A DNA stretch of 64,000 nt from Myxococcales bacterium (GCA_047601445.1 JASGJH010000001.1:7264001-7328000); one strand, 5' to 3'. Positions 18,494-29,287 are shown, counted from the first letter of the stretch. Made by a program: numbers and translations. The notes: generated by a model not told the origin, from the sequence alone.

Positions 18494-21400
18494 ATGGCGA
18501 GCCCTGTTTTGCTTAAGCGCAGTATCATCGCATTCCTTGGACTCACGGCCGTGGCCTGCGCCAAGGATCCCTGGGCCTATCCCGGTCGCCCGACAAAGTC
18601 GGTCGGCAGCGAGGTCTTCCGCGTGTTTTGTAAGCGCGCGGTGAGGGCATCGACCCCTCACGACCTGGAGGGAACCTCCTTTGACGCTGCCTGTCTCGGC
18701 GAAGGCGATTTGCCAGAGCCGGACGCCAAGGTGAAGGCGGACAAGAACCTGGAGGAGGAGCGTGCCCGACTGGAGGCGCTCCTGAAGCGCCGCGAGGACA
18801 TCGTGGGGGTGATCGACCGCATCCTCGGCGACGACACCGTGACCCAGAAGAAGCTGGTCACGATCCTGGAGCCCGACGAGTTGCGCACCTTCCTGCGTGA
18901 GCTGGTCCCGCTCTATGACAAGCCGCAGGAGGAGCTGCCGGGCACCACACGCACACTAGCGTCGGTGCTCTACCGCCTGGTCGATGACAAGGACAAGACC
19001 GGCAACGACATCCTCAAGGCGCTGTCGCAGGTGAACGGCCGCCAGGGCTACCGCAAGCTGGACCTGGCCCTGGGGCTGCTGCGCCCCCTGCTCGAGTACC
19101 CCGATCTCGATGCGTTCGCGGAGAACGGCCTCAAGGCCATTGCGCACGGCGGTGTGGCCGAAAAGTCGCTCGATGAGATGTCGCTCGGCCTGGCTCTCGA
19201 GATGGCCAACTACGATCCGACCCCGCCAGAGCCCGATTCCACGTTGATCATTGCGCGCGACCTGCTGCTGTCGCCGATCGACCAGCTCGATCAACCCGAG
19301 CGTGAGGCCGTCTACGTCACCAAGCGCGACAAGCGCGGTGTGGCGATTCCCTTTGGCGCCACGGACAAGAGCCTGCCTGCACCCTTCATCGACGACGACG
19401 CTGACGGCCTGGCCGACGTAGACGCGCATGGCCGCTTCCTGTCGGACGGTGAGCTAGTCACCTTGCCCGGACCCTATCGCGTGGCAGGTGAGTCCAAGGA
19501 TACCGCACGCGACGACGTCGGCCGCGCGCTGAACTCGTGGGACGGCAACAAGCAGCTGTACGCTGACTTCGATGCACAGCCCACGCTGGCCGCGGCCATG
19601 CTGCGCGAGACCAAGCGTATGGCCACGCCTGCCAAGGCGGGCGATCGCACCTCGCTGGAGAAGATCGGCCGCGGAATGTCGACGCTGTTCGGCCTGAGCA
19701 GCAAACGCTCCCTGACGTATGGCAAGGCCAAGGTCGAGTACACCGGGCCCGACCCCAAGCTCGGCGCAGCCTACGATCTGGTGCACGCCGTGGCTGCCGC
19801 GGTACGCACCAACCCGGACGTGATGCGGCGCACGGTCGAGCTGCTCAAGCAGGGCATGATCCAGCACGAGCCCGAGATGGCGCAGTTCGTGGAGACGCTG
19901 GTGAACATCAGCGAGCGCGGCGACGAGCATCCGGAAGCCGTGGCCGTGGGCGAGATGGGGCCAGGCACGCCTCACCGCTTCTGGGACGACCTGATCAAGA
20001 TCGGCGTTCGGATGACGGACCGCCCGGGCATGGTGGAGGCACTGATCCGCTGGATCACCACGCCCGAGGCTCAGGCCGCCACCGAGATCTTCGCCGATTG
20101 GATGCAGTACCAGGACGTCACCAAGTACAAGAACGCCGACTTCAAGCCCGGCGACATGCGCGGCGTGTTCACCCCTGCCCAGTGGAAGGACCTCAACGCG
20201 CCCGCTACGACCACGTACCAGACCGAGGTCGATCGCACTCAGCCGAGCGTGGGCCCAAACCGCAGCGTTTGGCAGCAGACCATGTCGATGGTTCACAACT
20301 TGAACCAGGGCATCTGCAACAAGGATCACGCCGTCCTGCACTTGATCGTGTCTTGTGACCCGTCGCTTCAGCCGGCGAGCCCCGCGCTGCCTTCGCAGCC
20401 CATCGCTTGCGCCGTGGGCAGCATCCAGGACTACCCCTGGACCGGCATGGGATACAACAAGTGCGACCTGTTCGAGGTCCCGCACATGATTCGCATCTGG
20501 GTGCAGTCGATCCTCGGCGAGGGCGTGATCGAGCTCAAGCCGGCCGACTTCAACACCGGCGTCTACCAGATCTTCGGCGTGCAGGTGGACGTGGTCCAGG
20601 AGCTCGAGACGCAGGTCTTGGGCTTCAACAAGAGCCCGACGCCCACCTCGTTCGCGCGCTTCCTGTACGGACCACCCAACCAGTTCACGCAAAAGATGAA
20701 GCCCGACGTGCTCCGCGACGGCGCCAAGATCGAGGAAATCGATCCCTACGCGCTGTTCGCGATGGAAGTGAAGCACAAGAGCGCGGGCGACATGAGCTTC
20801 CTCGAGGCGGGCAAGGGCCTGGTGGAGATCTTCGAGAGGCACGAGCTCACCAAGCCCGGCAAGCACCCGGTGACGGGCGCCGACGTTCCTGGTGCGCTGC
20901 TCAAGGAGGGTTACCTCTTCGCCGATATGCTGGACGTGTTCCACATGCACTGGGGTTCACGCACGGACGAGCCCTGCACGGGTGTGCCAGCGTGCACCCA
21001 GCACGCGGACCCCAAGGCTCCGTTCTTCTCGTACCAGACGGACCTGCGCAGCTACGAGCCCCTGCTCATGGAGGTGTTCCGTGACGACAAGCTCGTGAAG
21101 ACGCTCGCCGACGCCACCAAGGCTCTGGACAGCATCCAGATCGACGGCAAGAGCGGCATCGTGATCTTGAGCGAGTTCGCCGAGCTCATGCTCAAGCCGC
21201 AGAAGGACCTCACCTATCGTGACGGCACCCCCAGCGCCAAGAACAACGTGGGCGATGACCTGGGCTACGTGTCGCCGCTGTACCTCTTCCTCGATGGCCT
21301 CAAGCGCATCGACCAGAACTTCGCCGCCGACGAGAACAAGGGCCGCCAGGATGTTTGGAAGGAGGCCCGCAGCGAAGTCGTGGACCTGTTCCTCACGGTG

Positions 21401-22171
21401 GAGGAAGCCGACGGGAAGAAGCGACTTCAGGATCGGATTGGTCGCTCCATCTTCGTGCGTGTGCTCGACTTCCTGACCACCCGCATCGATGCTCACCAGG
21501 ACGCCAAGGACATCGAGGACTGGACCAACAACCTGGCGCCCCGCGCGGTCACCTTCTTCGACACGCCGCTGGTCGCCGGGCTCCTGCACCTGTTCGACCA
21601 GTCCTGGGACGAACCGGCGGCGGGCCGCGAGCTGATGAAGTTCATCGCCTACCTGGTCGATGAGGACAAGAACCCAGTGGGCTTCGAGACCACGCTGGTC
21701 GCCGTAGCCGACCTCCTGCAGCTACTGGAGAACTCGCAGCAGATCGCGCCCATCTTGGATCTGGCCTCCGAAGCGGCCACGCCCGGGGTGCAGACCGCCG
21801 TCGACGAAAAGGGCGGCTCTGACTTCGACCCCAACAAGGGCCTGCTGCGGCGCCTGGTGGAGCTGCAGAACCACCTGCTCCAGTTGCACAAGCGCCGTCC
21901 GAGCACGCTTTCACGCGTCGCCGGCAACCTGGTGAGGACCGCAGGCAACGAAGATCAGACGCCGCTCGAGGCCCTGATCGACGTTATCACCGAGGTCGAG
22001 CGAAAGGACGCGAGCCTGCCCGTCACGGCGCTTCTCGAGGCCGAGGACTTCCGGCTCATCGCCACGAGCGTGCACGAGTTCATCTCCGACGACGGCCACG
22101 GAGTCGAGCGCCTCTACGCAGTGATTCAGAACCGCACCATCTCCCCCCCGAAAGCCCAGGACCAGCAGTGA
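18494..22171 (+). CDS. Large (1225 aa) lipoprotein of unknown function
   Basis: GGAGG RBS; lipobox AVAC; strong codon bias; FIDDDADGLAD Ca-binding-like motif. Confidence 0.85.
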   Translation: MASPVLLKRSIIAFLGLTAVACAKDPWAYPGRPTKSVGSEVFRVFCKRAVRASTPHDLEGTSFDAACLGEGDLPEPDAKVKADKNLEEERARLEALLKRREDIVGVIDRILGDDTVTQKKLVTILEPDELRTFLRELVPLYDKPQEELPGTTRTLASVLYRLVDDKDKTGNDILKALSQVNGRQGYRKLDLALGLLRPLLEYPDLDAFAENGLKAIAHGGVAEKSLDEMSLGLALEMANYDPTPPEPDSTLIIARDLLLSPIDQLDQPEREAVYVTKRDKRGVAIPFGATDKSLPAPFIDDDADGLADVDAHGRFLSDGELVTLPGPYRVAGESKDTARDDVGRALNSWDGNKQLYADFDAQPTLAAAMLRETKRMATPAKAGDRTSLEKIGRGMSTLFGLSSKRSLTYGKAKVEYTGPDPKLGAAYDLVHAVAAAVRTNPDVMRRTVELLKQGMIQHEPEMAQFVETLVNISERGDEHPEAVAVGEMGPGTPHRFWDDLIKIGVRMTDRPGMVEALIRWITTPEAQAATEIFADWMQYQDVTKYKNADFKPGDMRGVFTPAQWKDLNAPATTTYQTEVDRTQPSVGPNRSVWQQTMSMVHNLNQGICNKDHAVLHLIVSCDPSLQPASPALPSQPIACAVGSIQDYPWTGMGYNKCDLFEVPHMIRIWVQSILGEGVIELKPADFNTGVYQIFGVQVDVVQELETQVLGFNKSPTPTSFARFLYGPPNQFTQKMKPDVLRDGAKIEEIDPYALFAMEVKHKSAGDMSFLEAGKGLVEIFERHELTKPGKHPVTGADVPGALLKEGYLFADMLDVFHMHWGSRTDEPCTGVPACTQHADPKAPFFSYQTDLRSYEPLLMEVFRDDKLVKTLADATKALDSIQIDGKSGIVILSEFAELMLKPQKDLTYRDGTPSAKNNVGDDLGYVSPLYLFLDGLKRIDQNFAADENKGRQDVWKEARSEVVDLFLTVEEADGKKRLQDRIGRSIFVRVLDFLTTRIDAHQDAKDIEDWTNNLAPRAVTFFDTPLVAGLLHLFDQSWDEPAAGRELMKFIAYLVDEDKNPVGFETTLVAVADLLQLLENSQQIAPILDLASEAATPGVQTAVDEKGGSDFDPNKGLLRRLVELQNHLLQLHKRRPSTLSRVAGNLVRTAGNEDQTPLEALIDVITEVERKDASLPVTALLEAEDFRLIATSVHEFISDDGHGVERLYAVIQNRTISPPKAQDQQ

Positions 22172-23553
22172 TGCGTAATAACTTCTTCCTTGTTCTTGCG
22201 CTCGCGCTGAGCGCGGCGATCGGACTTGCGCCTCAGCGTGCCAGCGCTAGCGGCTGGTACCTCACCGAGCGCGGTGTGCGCTCGCTCGGACGCGGCGGTG
22301 CTTTCGTGGCCGGTGCCAAGGGCGCGGAGTCGCTCTGGATCAATCCGGCTGGCCTGAAGGGGGCTGGCAACAGCTTCACCATGGAGGGCAACCTCAACTT
22401 CCTGCGCGGCTCGTTCCAGCGCCTCGACGACGGCGGCAACCTGCGCGCCAAGGAAGAGCTCGACATCGCCTACTTGCCCATCCCGATGTTCGCGATCACC
22501 AAGGATTTCGGGCTCGAGGACTTCACGTTCGGCTTCGGCGTGTACCTGCCTCAGTTCGCCGTGACGACCTGGCCCAGCCAGGTGAATGGCGGACCGGCCC
22601 CCAACCGCTACTCGCTCTACTCCATCAAGGGCAGCATCTTCGGCAACTTCACGGCAGGCCTCGCCTACCACGGTATCGAGGGGCTCTCGCTCGGCCTCAC
22701 GGCGGCGCTCATCACCGGTCGCTTCAAGGCTTCCACCGCGCTCAGCGCCTGCGATGGCTTCCTGTGTCAGCAGCCCGAGGACCCGTCCTTCGACGTGACC
22801 TCCACCATCGTGCTGCGTCGCTTCGCCAGCGTGATGATCGGCGCCGGTCTCACCTACGAGATCGGTCCGATCACCATCGGCGGCTCGCTGCAGACGCCGT
22901 GGAACATGAAGGGCAAAGCCGACCTCGACGTGACGCTGCCGTCCGATCCCGCCTTCTCGCACGCCAAGGTCACGGGCGCGGAGGGTAAGGTCAACGTGCC
23001 GTTCCCGTGGATCGGTCGCGTGGGTATCGAAGTCAAGCCCACCGAGACCTTCCGCTTCGAGCTCGCGGCGGTGTACGAAGGCTGGTCGCGCCAGGACAAT
23101 ATCAACGTCCAGGCCAACAACATGTGGATCCGCGACGTGGTCGGCATCGGTGACTATCAGGTGGGATCGATCAAGATCCAGCGCTTGATGAGCAACGCCT
23201 ACAGCTTCCGCGGCGGCTTCGAGTTCACCACGGAGGACCAGGGCATGACCTTCCGCATGGGCGCCTCGTACGACACCACGGCCATCAAGGACCGCGCGAT
23301 GTCGCCGATGACGATCGATGCCAACAAGGTCGTCGCCGGCATCGGCCTCACGCTGCACGCGGGCTCGGTGATGGATTTCGACATCGTCTATGGCCACGTG
23401 TTCATGCCCGACCGTCAGGTCCGCAACAGCGTGATCACGCAGCCGACGGCGATTCGACCCCCGCAATCCACGGCGGACCAGTCGCACATCGGCAACGGCA
23501 ACTACACGATGGAATCCGACTTCGCAGGCATCGGGTCGACGTTCAAGTTCTGA
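22171..23553 (+). CDS. FadL/OmpP1/TodX family outer-membrane transporter
   Basis: Signal peptide; LGRGGAFVA...WINPAGL N-terminal motif; terminal Phe; TGATG overlap with upstream gene. Confidence 0.85.
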   Translation: MRNNFFLVLALALSAAIGLAPQRASASGWYLTERGVRSLGRGGAFVAGAKGAESLWINPAGLKGAGNSFTMEGNLNFLRGSFQRLDDGGNLRAKEELDIAYLPIPMFAITKDFGLEDFTFGFGVYLPQFAVTTWPSQVNGGPAPNRYSLYSIKGSIFGNFTAGLAYHGIEGLSLGLTAALITGRFKASTALSACDGFLCQQPEDPSFDVTSTIVLRRFASVMIGAGLTYEIGPITIGGSLQTPWNMKGKADLDVTLPSDPAFSHAKVTGAEGKVNVPFPWIGRVGIEVKPTETFRFELAAVYEGWSRQDNINVQANNMWIRDVVGIGDYQVGSIKIQRLMSNAYSFRGGFEFTTEDQGMTFRMGASYDTTAIKDRAMSPMTIDANKVVAGIGLTLHAGSVMDFDIVYGHVFMPDRQVRNSVITQPTAIRPPQSTADQSHIGNGNYTMESDFAGIGSTFKF

Positions 23554-23615
23554 ACCGGAGCCCGACACCGCCACGGCCTCTGCCACCGCCACTGTCCGTT
23601 CTCGTTCCCGTGCTC

Positions 23616-24176
23616 TCAGGCCCGAACGCGCAGCTCAGGCGGTAGCAGTGCCTCGAACTTGGTGAGGAACTCTCGCAGATCCCCCTTGGGTATGGCTCCG
23701 CGTGCGGAGGTCTCGCGCGCCATCCGTTCGAGTTCGGAGCGCGGGCGTGATGAGTGGAAGATCACGCACAGGGGGTGCTTGCGTCGCGCCAGCAGCGCGG
23801 AGATGGCGTCTCCCGACAGACCGGGCATTTCCACGTCCATCACCACGATGTCCGGGTTCTCGCGGCTAATCGCCACCATCGTGCCCAGGGCTTCCGCGCG
23901 CGCCACCACCTCGTAGCCGGCGGCCTCGAGGAACGCGGCGACGCCATTGAGCACCGTGGGATCGTCGTCCACCACCATCACCTTGCGCCGGCGGAGTTTG
24001 CGCTGGGCGCCGCTGGGCCGCGCGTCCTGGGCGATCGGCTCGGGTGGCGAGGTCACGGCCGGGAAGCCGCCGGTGATGCGGGGCGGGGGCGCGGCGTCCG
24101 CCGACGTGATGGCCGCGAAGCTGCCGGTGGTGCGGGGCGTACCCGGCACGCCGACTTTGAAATCCTCACGACTCAC
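23616..24176 (-). CDS. Response regulator (REC only, with N-terminal low-complexity extension)
   Basis: VVDDD, MDVEMP, HSS and PK motifs; GGAGG RBS before GTG 24176. Confidence 0.85.
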   Translation of the reverse strand: MSREDFKVGVPGTPRTTGSFAAITSADAAPPPRITGGFPAVTSPPEPIAQDARPSGAQRKLRRRKVMVVDDDPTVLNGVAAFLEAAGYEVVARAEALGTMVAISRENPDIVVMDVEMPGLSGDAISALLARRKHPLCVIFHSSRPRSELERMARETSARGAIPKGDLREFLTKFEALLPPELRVRA

Positions 24177-24306
24177 GCATTCGCCTCCGGGAAGCCAGCT
24201 CTGACGGGCGCTCGCGGGAGAATTCTGCCTGCCTCGCCATCGGAGTGTCACTTCGAAAAATCCTAGGCACTTCGGGCAATTAGGGTGGCACTCAGGGCTG
24301 GGACGG

Positions 24307-24768
24307 TTGACCTCCGAAACGAGTTCAGCCAACCTGGAAGCAGTGTTTCAAGCGCCCTCCGCCGCCCGCTCTGCTGCGCCCCTCGTTGGGGTCGTCGGCT
24401 CGTCGAGGGCGCGGCTTTCGCTGTGGGTGGTGCTGCTGCGGGTCTTCGCGCTGTTCGTGACAGCGGAAGTGTCCGGACTGGCGCACCTGGGCACGGACTT
24501 GGTGGAGGCCATGGCTGGGGCTGACCACGTCCATGAACACGAGCACGAGGACTGCGAGGACGAGGAGTCCGGCCACGAGTGCCCGCCGGGTTGCCCTAAC
24601 TGTCACCACGCGCATTCGGCGGTGGTGTTGGGCGTGCTCGCACCCGAGACCCACCTCGAGCCGCTGCTCGGGCCCGAGCGCCCCACCGGCTTCGTGCCCT
24701 ACTCCGAGATGGTTCGTGCGGGGGCGGACCCCGCCTCCCTCTATCGCCCGCCTCGCCTGCCCGCCTGA
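24307..24768 (+). CDS. His/Cys/Glu-rich small protein preceding the metal RND operon
   Basis: HVHEHEHEDC...ECPPGCPNCHHAH and C-terminal LYRPPR; start uncertain. Confidence 0.65.
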   Translation: MTSETSSANLEAVFQAPSAARSAAPLVGVVGSSRARLSLWVVLLRVFALFVTAEVSGLAHLGTDLVEAMAGADHVHEHEHEDCEDEESGHECPPGCPNCHHAHSAVVLGVLAPETHLEPLLGPERPTGFVPYSEMVRAGADPASLYRPPRLPA

Positions 24769-24954
24769 CCTGGGATCGGGAACTGGCAGACGGAGGGCTC
24801 CGTCCGCGCCAAGGACTCGCGTCATGAAATGGGCGCGAGCGGGCGCAGGCGGACGCGACCGACGAGCGCGCGCGGCGTGAACGCGTGCCCGCCGTCTGCG
24901 CTCCGGCCGCTCCGTATGAAGGAGCGCGTCGGGTTGGCGGAAGGACGAAGAGAC

Positions 24955-26172
24955 GTGTCGAAAGATCGAGGCGCACCGCGGCGTGCGCGTGTCTGGGTTT
25001 CGTGCAGCCTCATGGGCCTGCTGGTGCTGGGGTGCGGCCGCGGGGGGACCAAGGAGCCCGAATCCAGCTCGGAACCCGAGGGGACAGCGGCTCACCACAA
25101 GGACGAGCCGGCGCACGAGCCTTTACCAACCCTGATCAAGCTGGCACCGGAGGTGGTGGAAGCCGCCAAGATTCGCACGGCCAAGGTTGCCCGCGAGGCG
25201 CTCGTGGCGACGCTCTCGCTGCCCGGAGAAACCGTGGCGGACCCTGACCGCACCGCGCGTGTCGCGTCGCCGGTCGCGGGTCGACTGGAGCAGGTGCTGT
25301 TCAAGGAAGGCAGCTCGGTCAAGAAGGGCGATGTGCTGGCGGTGATCCGCGTACCGGATCTCGGCAAGCTGCGATCCCTGGCGGCCGCCACGGAGGCCAA
25401 GGCGAGGGCAGCGCGGGCCAACGCCACGCGCCTGCAGGGATTGGCCGAGAAGCGACTTGCTTCGGAGCAGATGTACCTCGATGCGGTGGCGGCGTCCGAG
25501 GCGCTCGATGTCGAGGCCCTGGCCGCGCGCCAGCAGCTCGACGCGCTGGGCCTGGCGGCGGCTCAGTCGGGGGCGCCCTCGCAGCTCACGCTGCGCGCGC
25601 CGCTGTCGGGGACCGTGGTCAGTCGCAACGCCGTGGTGGGCCAACCGATCACGGCAGAGGAGGTGTTGGCGGACATCGTCGACCTGAGCGAGGTCTGGTT
25701 CCTCGGGCGCGTGTTCGAGAAAGACCTGGGCAGGCTTCAACTCGACGCCGCCGCCGAGGTCCAGCTCAACGCCTATCCCGGCGAGCACTTCACTGGCAAA
25801 GTCGAGTACATCGGTCGTCAGGTCGATCCCGTGGCCCGCACGGTGACGGCCCGCATCCGCCTGGTCAATCGCGCCGATCTGCTGCGCGTGGGGCTGTTTG
25901 GGACGGCGCACGTGGCCCTGGGGCACGCCGAAGAGCTGGAGCGCACGCTGGTGGTGCCACGCTCGGCGCTCACGGAGGTGGCAGGGAAGCAAGTGGTCTT
26001 CGTGCGTCACGCGGACCAGGACTTCGAGCTGCACGAGCTCTCGCTGGGGCAGGACGCGGCGGGCAAGGTGCAGGTGCTGGCGGGGCTACGCGACGGCGAG
26101 GAGGTCGTCGTGGAGGGGGTGTTCTCGCTCAAGAGCGCCGTACTAAAGCACACCTTCGCCGAGGAGGAGTAG
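24955..26172 (+). CDS. czcB: Heavy-metal RND membrane fusion protein (CzcB/CusB family)
   Basis: Lipobox LVLGC; ASPVAG, LRAPLSG and VDPVART motifs; start may be 24916. Confidence 0.9.
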   Translation: MSKDRGAPRRARVWVSCSLMGLLVLGCGRGGTKEPESSSEPEGTAAHHKDEPAHEPLPTLIKLAPEVVEAAKIRTAKVAREALVATLSLPGETVADPDRTARVASPVAGRLEQVLFKEGSSVKKGDVLAVIRVPDLGKLRSLAAATEAKARAARANATRLQGLAEKRLASEQMYLDAVAASEALDVEALAARQQLDALGLAAAQSGAPSQLTLRAPLSGTVVSRNAVVGQPITAEEVLADIVDLSEVWFLGRVFEKDLGRLQLDAAAEVQLNAYPGEHFTGKVEYIGRQVDPVARTVTARIRLVNRADLLRVGLFGTAHVALGHAEELERTLVVPRSALTEVAGKQVVFVRHADQDFELHELSLGQDAAGKVQVLAGLRDGEEVVVEGVFSLKSAVLKHTFAEEE

Positions 26173-26173
26173 G

Positions 26174-29100
26174 GTGGCACTCTTCTCTGCGATCCTCGGC
26201 TGGTCGCTGCGCCACCGCGCCGTCGTGCTGGTGCTGACCGCACTGTTCGCGTTGGTGGGAGTGAACTCCGCGCTGCAGCTGCCGGTCGACGCCGTGCCCG
26301 ACGTCACCAACGTCCAGGTTCAGGTGATCACCTCGGCCCCGGCGCTCTCGCCCGTGGAGATCGAGAAGTACGTCACGGTACCGGTCGAGCGCGCCATGGC
26401 GGGCATCCCGAAGACCACGCAAATCCGCTCCATCTCGAAGTACGGCATCTCGGTGGTCACGGTGGTGTTCCACGACGGCACCGACATTTTCTTCGCGCGG
26501 CAGCAGGTCAACGAACGCATGCGCGAAGTGAACGAAACCGTCGCGGGCCGTCACGGGCAGCCTGAGCTCGGTCCCATCAGCACGGGGCTCGGTGAGATTT
26601 TCCAGTTCACCGTGAGCAACGACCGCCTCAGCCTGATGCAGCTCGAGGAGGTGCTCAATTGGCAGATCCGGCCGCAGCTGCGGACCGTGCCGGGGGTGGT
26701 GGAGGTTAACGGCTTCGGCGGGGAGAATCGTCAGTACCAGGTCGTGCTGGATCCGAAGCGGCTGCAAGCCGCGGGCGGCTCGGTGGCCCAGGTGATCGCA
26801 GCGCTCGAGAAGTCGAACGGCAACGCTGGCGGTGGCTACATCGAGCACAACCGCGAGCACTTCGTGATCGGCACCGATGGCTTGGTGAAGAACCTCGACG
26901 ATCTCAAGCGCGTGGTGATCGGCGCCACGCCGCAGGGCATTCCCATCACGATCGCCACCGTGGGCGACGTGCGCTTCGCTCCGCGCCTCCGCAAGGGAGC
27001 GGCGTCGAAGGACGCGCATGGCGAGGTCGTGGTCGGGGTGGCGTTGATGCTGACGGGGGAGAACGCCCGCACGGTCACGGCGGCGCTCAAGGAGCGCCTG
27101 CGGGCCATTCAGCCCTCGTTGCCGGCGGGCACCACGATCGAGCCATTCTACGATCGCTCGGAGCTCGTGGAGCGCACCATCTCCACCGTGGCCAAGAACC
27201 TGGCCGAGGGCGCGCTCCTGGTAGTGCTGGTCTTGTTCGTGCTGCTGGGGGACCTGCGCGCCGGCTTCGTGGTGGCCACGACCATCCCGCTGTCTCTGTT
27301 GTTCGCGGTGATGCTCCTGAACACCTTCGAGATCTCCGGCAACCTGATGAGCCTCGGGGCCATCGACTTCGGTCTGTTGGTGGACGGAGCCGTGATCATC
27401 GTGGAGAACAGCGTGCGCAGGCTCACCGACCGACGCGCTGCGCTGGGGCGGGAGCTCACCACGGAGGAGCGGCTCTCCACGGTGGAGCACGCGAGCTTCG
27501 AGGTGCGTTCGGCGAGCGTGTTCGGCGAGGCGATCATCGCCATCGTTTACCTGCCGGTGCTCACCCTGAGCGGCGTGGAGGGCAAGCTGTTTCGGCCCAT
27601 GGCGATCAGCGTGTTGTTCGCGTTGTTGGGGGCGTTCATCTTCTCGCTGACGCTGGTACCCGTGCTCACGAGCTACTTCGTGCGCGCGGAGGAGCGAGCG
27701 CACGACACCTGGCTCGTGCGCCAGGCTCATCGCCTGTACTTGCCGGCCTTGCGCGCGGCCATGAACAAGCGTGGCATGACCATCAGTGCCAGCCTGTGCG
27801 TGCTGGCGGGAGCGGTCGCGTTGTTCACCACCATCGGGGCGGAGTTCGTGCCCGAGCTCGACGAGGGCGACGTGCTGGTGGAGGCGCGTCGCTTGCCCGG
27901 CGTGGCGCTCTCGGAGTCGGTGGCCGAAGACAAGCGGCTGCAGCAGGCCATCTTGAGCATTCCGGAGGTGGCCGGCGTGGTGAACAAGACCGGCGCCCCC
28001 GAGCTCGCCACCGACCCGATGGGACTCGAGCAGACCGACGTGTTCATCCAGCTCAAGCCCCAGGAACAGTGGCGGGATGGTCTCACCAAGGCGGAGCTCT
28101 CGGAGCAGATCGCAGACGCCGTGGCCGAGCGCGTCCCCGAGGTGGCGGGGGCCATGTCGCAGCCGATTCAAATGCGCACCAATGAGCTCGTCGCCGGTGT
28201 CCGCTCGGACGTGGCCGTACTGTTCTACGGCCCTGAGCTCGAGCAGCTCGTCAGCCTCGGTGATCAAGCCGCCGCGGCCTTGCGCGGCATCGACGGCGTG
28301 CAGGACCTGCGCGTCGAGCAGGTAGCCGGCCTGCGCTACCTGCGTGTGATCCCCGACCGTGCGCGCCTCGCACGCTACGGCTTGACCATCGAAGACATCA
28401 ACCAGCTCACCGAGACGCTGGCGGTGGGCCACATGGCCGGGCAGGTGCTGGAGGGCGAGCGGCGCTTCGGCATCGCGGTGCTCATCGATCACGGCTTCAA
28501 GGGCGATCTCGCGCCCCTGTTGGCTCTGCCGCTGCGCTCGGTGAGCGGCCAGATCGTGCCGCTGGGCGATGTGGCCGAGCTCCAGTTCGTGACCGGCCCT
28601 GCGCAGGTGAGCCGAGAGGATCAATCCCGCCGCATCACCGTCGAGTTCAACGTACGCGGACGCGATCTGCTCTCGGTGGTGCACGACGCCCAGGCCGCCA
28701 TCGAGCGGGCCATCAAGCTCCCGGTGGGCTACCGCGCGCAGTGGGGTGGCCAGTTCGAGCACTATGAAGAGGCCAAGCAGCGCCTGCTCTTCGTGGTGCC
28801 GATGTCGCTCGCGCTGATCTTGTTCTTGCTGTGGGTGGCGTTGGGCTCGGTGCCGCCGGCGCTCCTGATCTTTCTCAACGTGCCCTTCGCCTTCATCGGC
28901 GGTGTGGTCGCTCTGTGGTTGCGCGACATCCCGTTCTCCATCTCGGCGGGGGTTGGATTCGTGGCCCTGTTCGGCGTGGCCGTGCTGAATGGCCTGGTGC
29001 TGGTCTCGTTTGCCCAGCACTTGGAGAAGGAAGGCGCGCCGCACTCCGAGGCCATCCAGCACGCGGCCGAGCTGCGTCTGCGCCCGGTCCTGATGACTGC

Positions 29101-29287
29101 CCTGGTGGCATCGCTCGGCTTCGTCCCGATGGCGCTATCCCACGCGCCCGGGAGTGAAGTGCAACGGCCCCTGGCCACGGTGGTGATCGGCGGGCTGATC
29201 ACGGCCACCCTGCTCACCATGCTGGTGCTGCCGGTGGTGTACGCTGGGCGCCGCAAAGGGGTGGCTGCATCGGGAAATCCCGTCTGA
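26174..29287 (+). CDS. czcA: CusA/CzcA family heavy-metal efflux RND transporter
   Basis: DAVPDVTNVQVQ, NLMSLGAIDFG..VD...IVEN, RLRPVLMTA, GSEVQRPLATVVIGG. Confidence 0.95.
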   Translation: MALFSAILGWSLRHRAVVLVLTALFALVGVNSALQLPVDAVPDVTNVQVQVITSAPALSPVEIEKYVTVPVERAMAGIPKTTQIRSISKYGISVVTVVFHDGTDIFFARQQVNERMREVNETVAGRHGQPELGPISTGLGEIFQFTVSNDRLSLMQLEEVLNWQIRPQLRTVPGVVEVNGFGGENRQYQVVLDPKRLQAAGGSVAQVIAALEKSNGNAGGGYIEHNREHFVIGTDGLVKNLDDLKRVVIGATPQGIPITIATVGDVRFAPRLRKGAASKDAHGEVVVGVALMLTGENARTVTAALKERLRAIQPSLPAGTTIEPFYDRSELVERTISTVAKNLAEGALLVVLVLFVLLGDLRAGFVVATTIPLSLLFAVMLLNTFEISGNLMSLGAIDFGLLVDGAVIIVENSVRRLTDRRAALGRELTTEERLSTVEHASFEVRSASVFGEAIIAIVYLPVLTLSGVEGKLFRPMAISVLFALLGAFIFSLTLVPVLTSYFVRAEERAHDTWLVRQAHRLYLPALRAAMNKRGMTISASLCVLAGAVALFTTIGAEFVPELDEGDVLVEARRLPGVALSESVAEDKRLQQAILSIPEVAGVVNKTGAPELATDPMGLEQTDVFIQLKPQEQWRDGLTKAELSEQIADAVAERVPEVAGAMSQPIQMRTNELVAGVRSDVAVLFYGPELEQLVSLGDQAAAALRGIDGVQDLRVEQVAGLRYLRVIPDRARLARYGLTIEDINQLTETLAVGHMAGQVLEGERRFGIAVLIDHGFKGDLAPLLALPLRSVSGQIVPLGDVAELQFVTGPAQVSREDQSRRITVEFNVRGRDLLSVVHDAQAAIERAIKLPVGYRAQWGGQFEHYEEAKQRLLFVVPMSLALILFLLWVALGSVPPALLIFLNVPFAFIGGVVALWLRDIPFSISAGVGFVALFGVAVLNGLVLVSFAQHLEKEGAPHSEAIQHAAELRLRPVLMTALVASLGFVPMALSHAPGSEVQRPLATVVIGGLITATLLTMLVLPVVYAGRRKGVAASGNPV

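Noticed and set aside
23554..23612. Short-period hexamer-like sequence after fadL (also 41445-41485)
   Set aside because: Degenerate low-complexity intergenic sequence with no definable unit
24243..24293. gagtgtcac...gtggcactc inverted repeat as a second NikR site
   Set aside because: Spacer of about 33 bp does not fit the 6-16-6 geometry, and the half-sites differ
26129..29062. 977-aa antisense ORF and many similar long shadow ORFs
   Set aside because: Opposite well-supported genes; a normal artefact of high-GC codon bias
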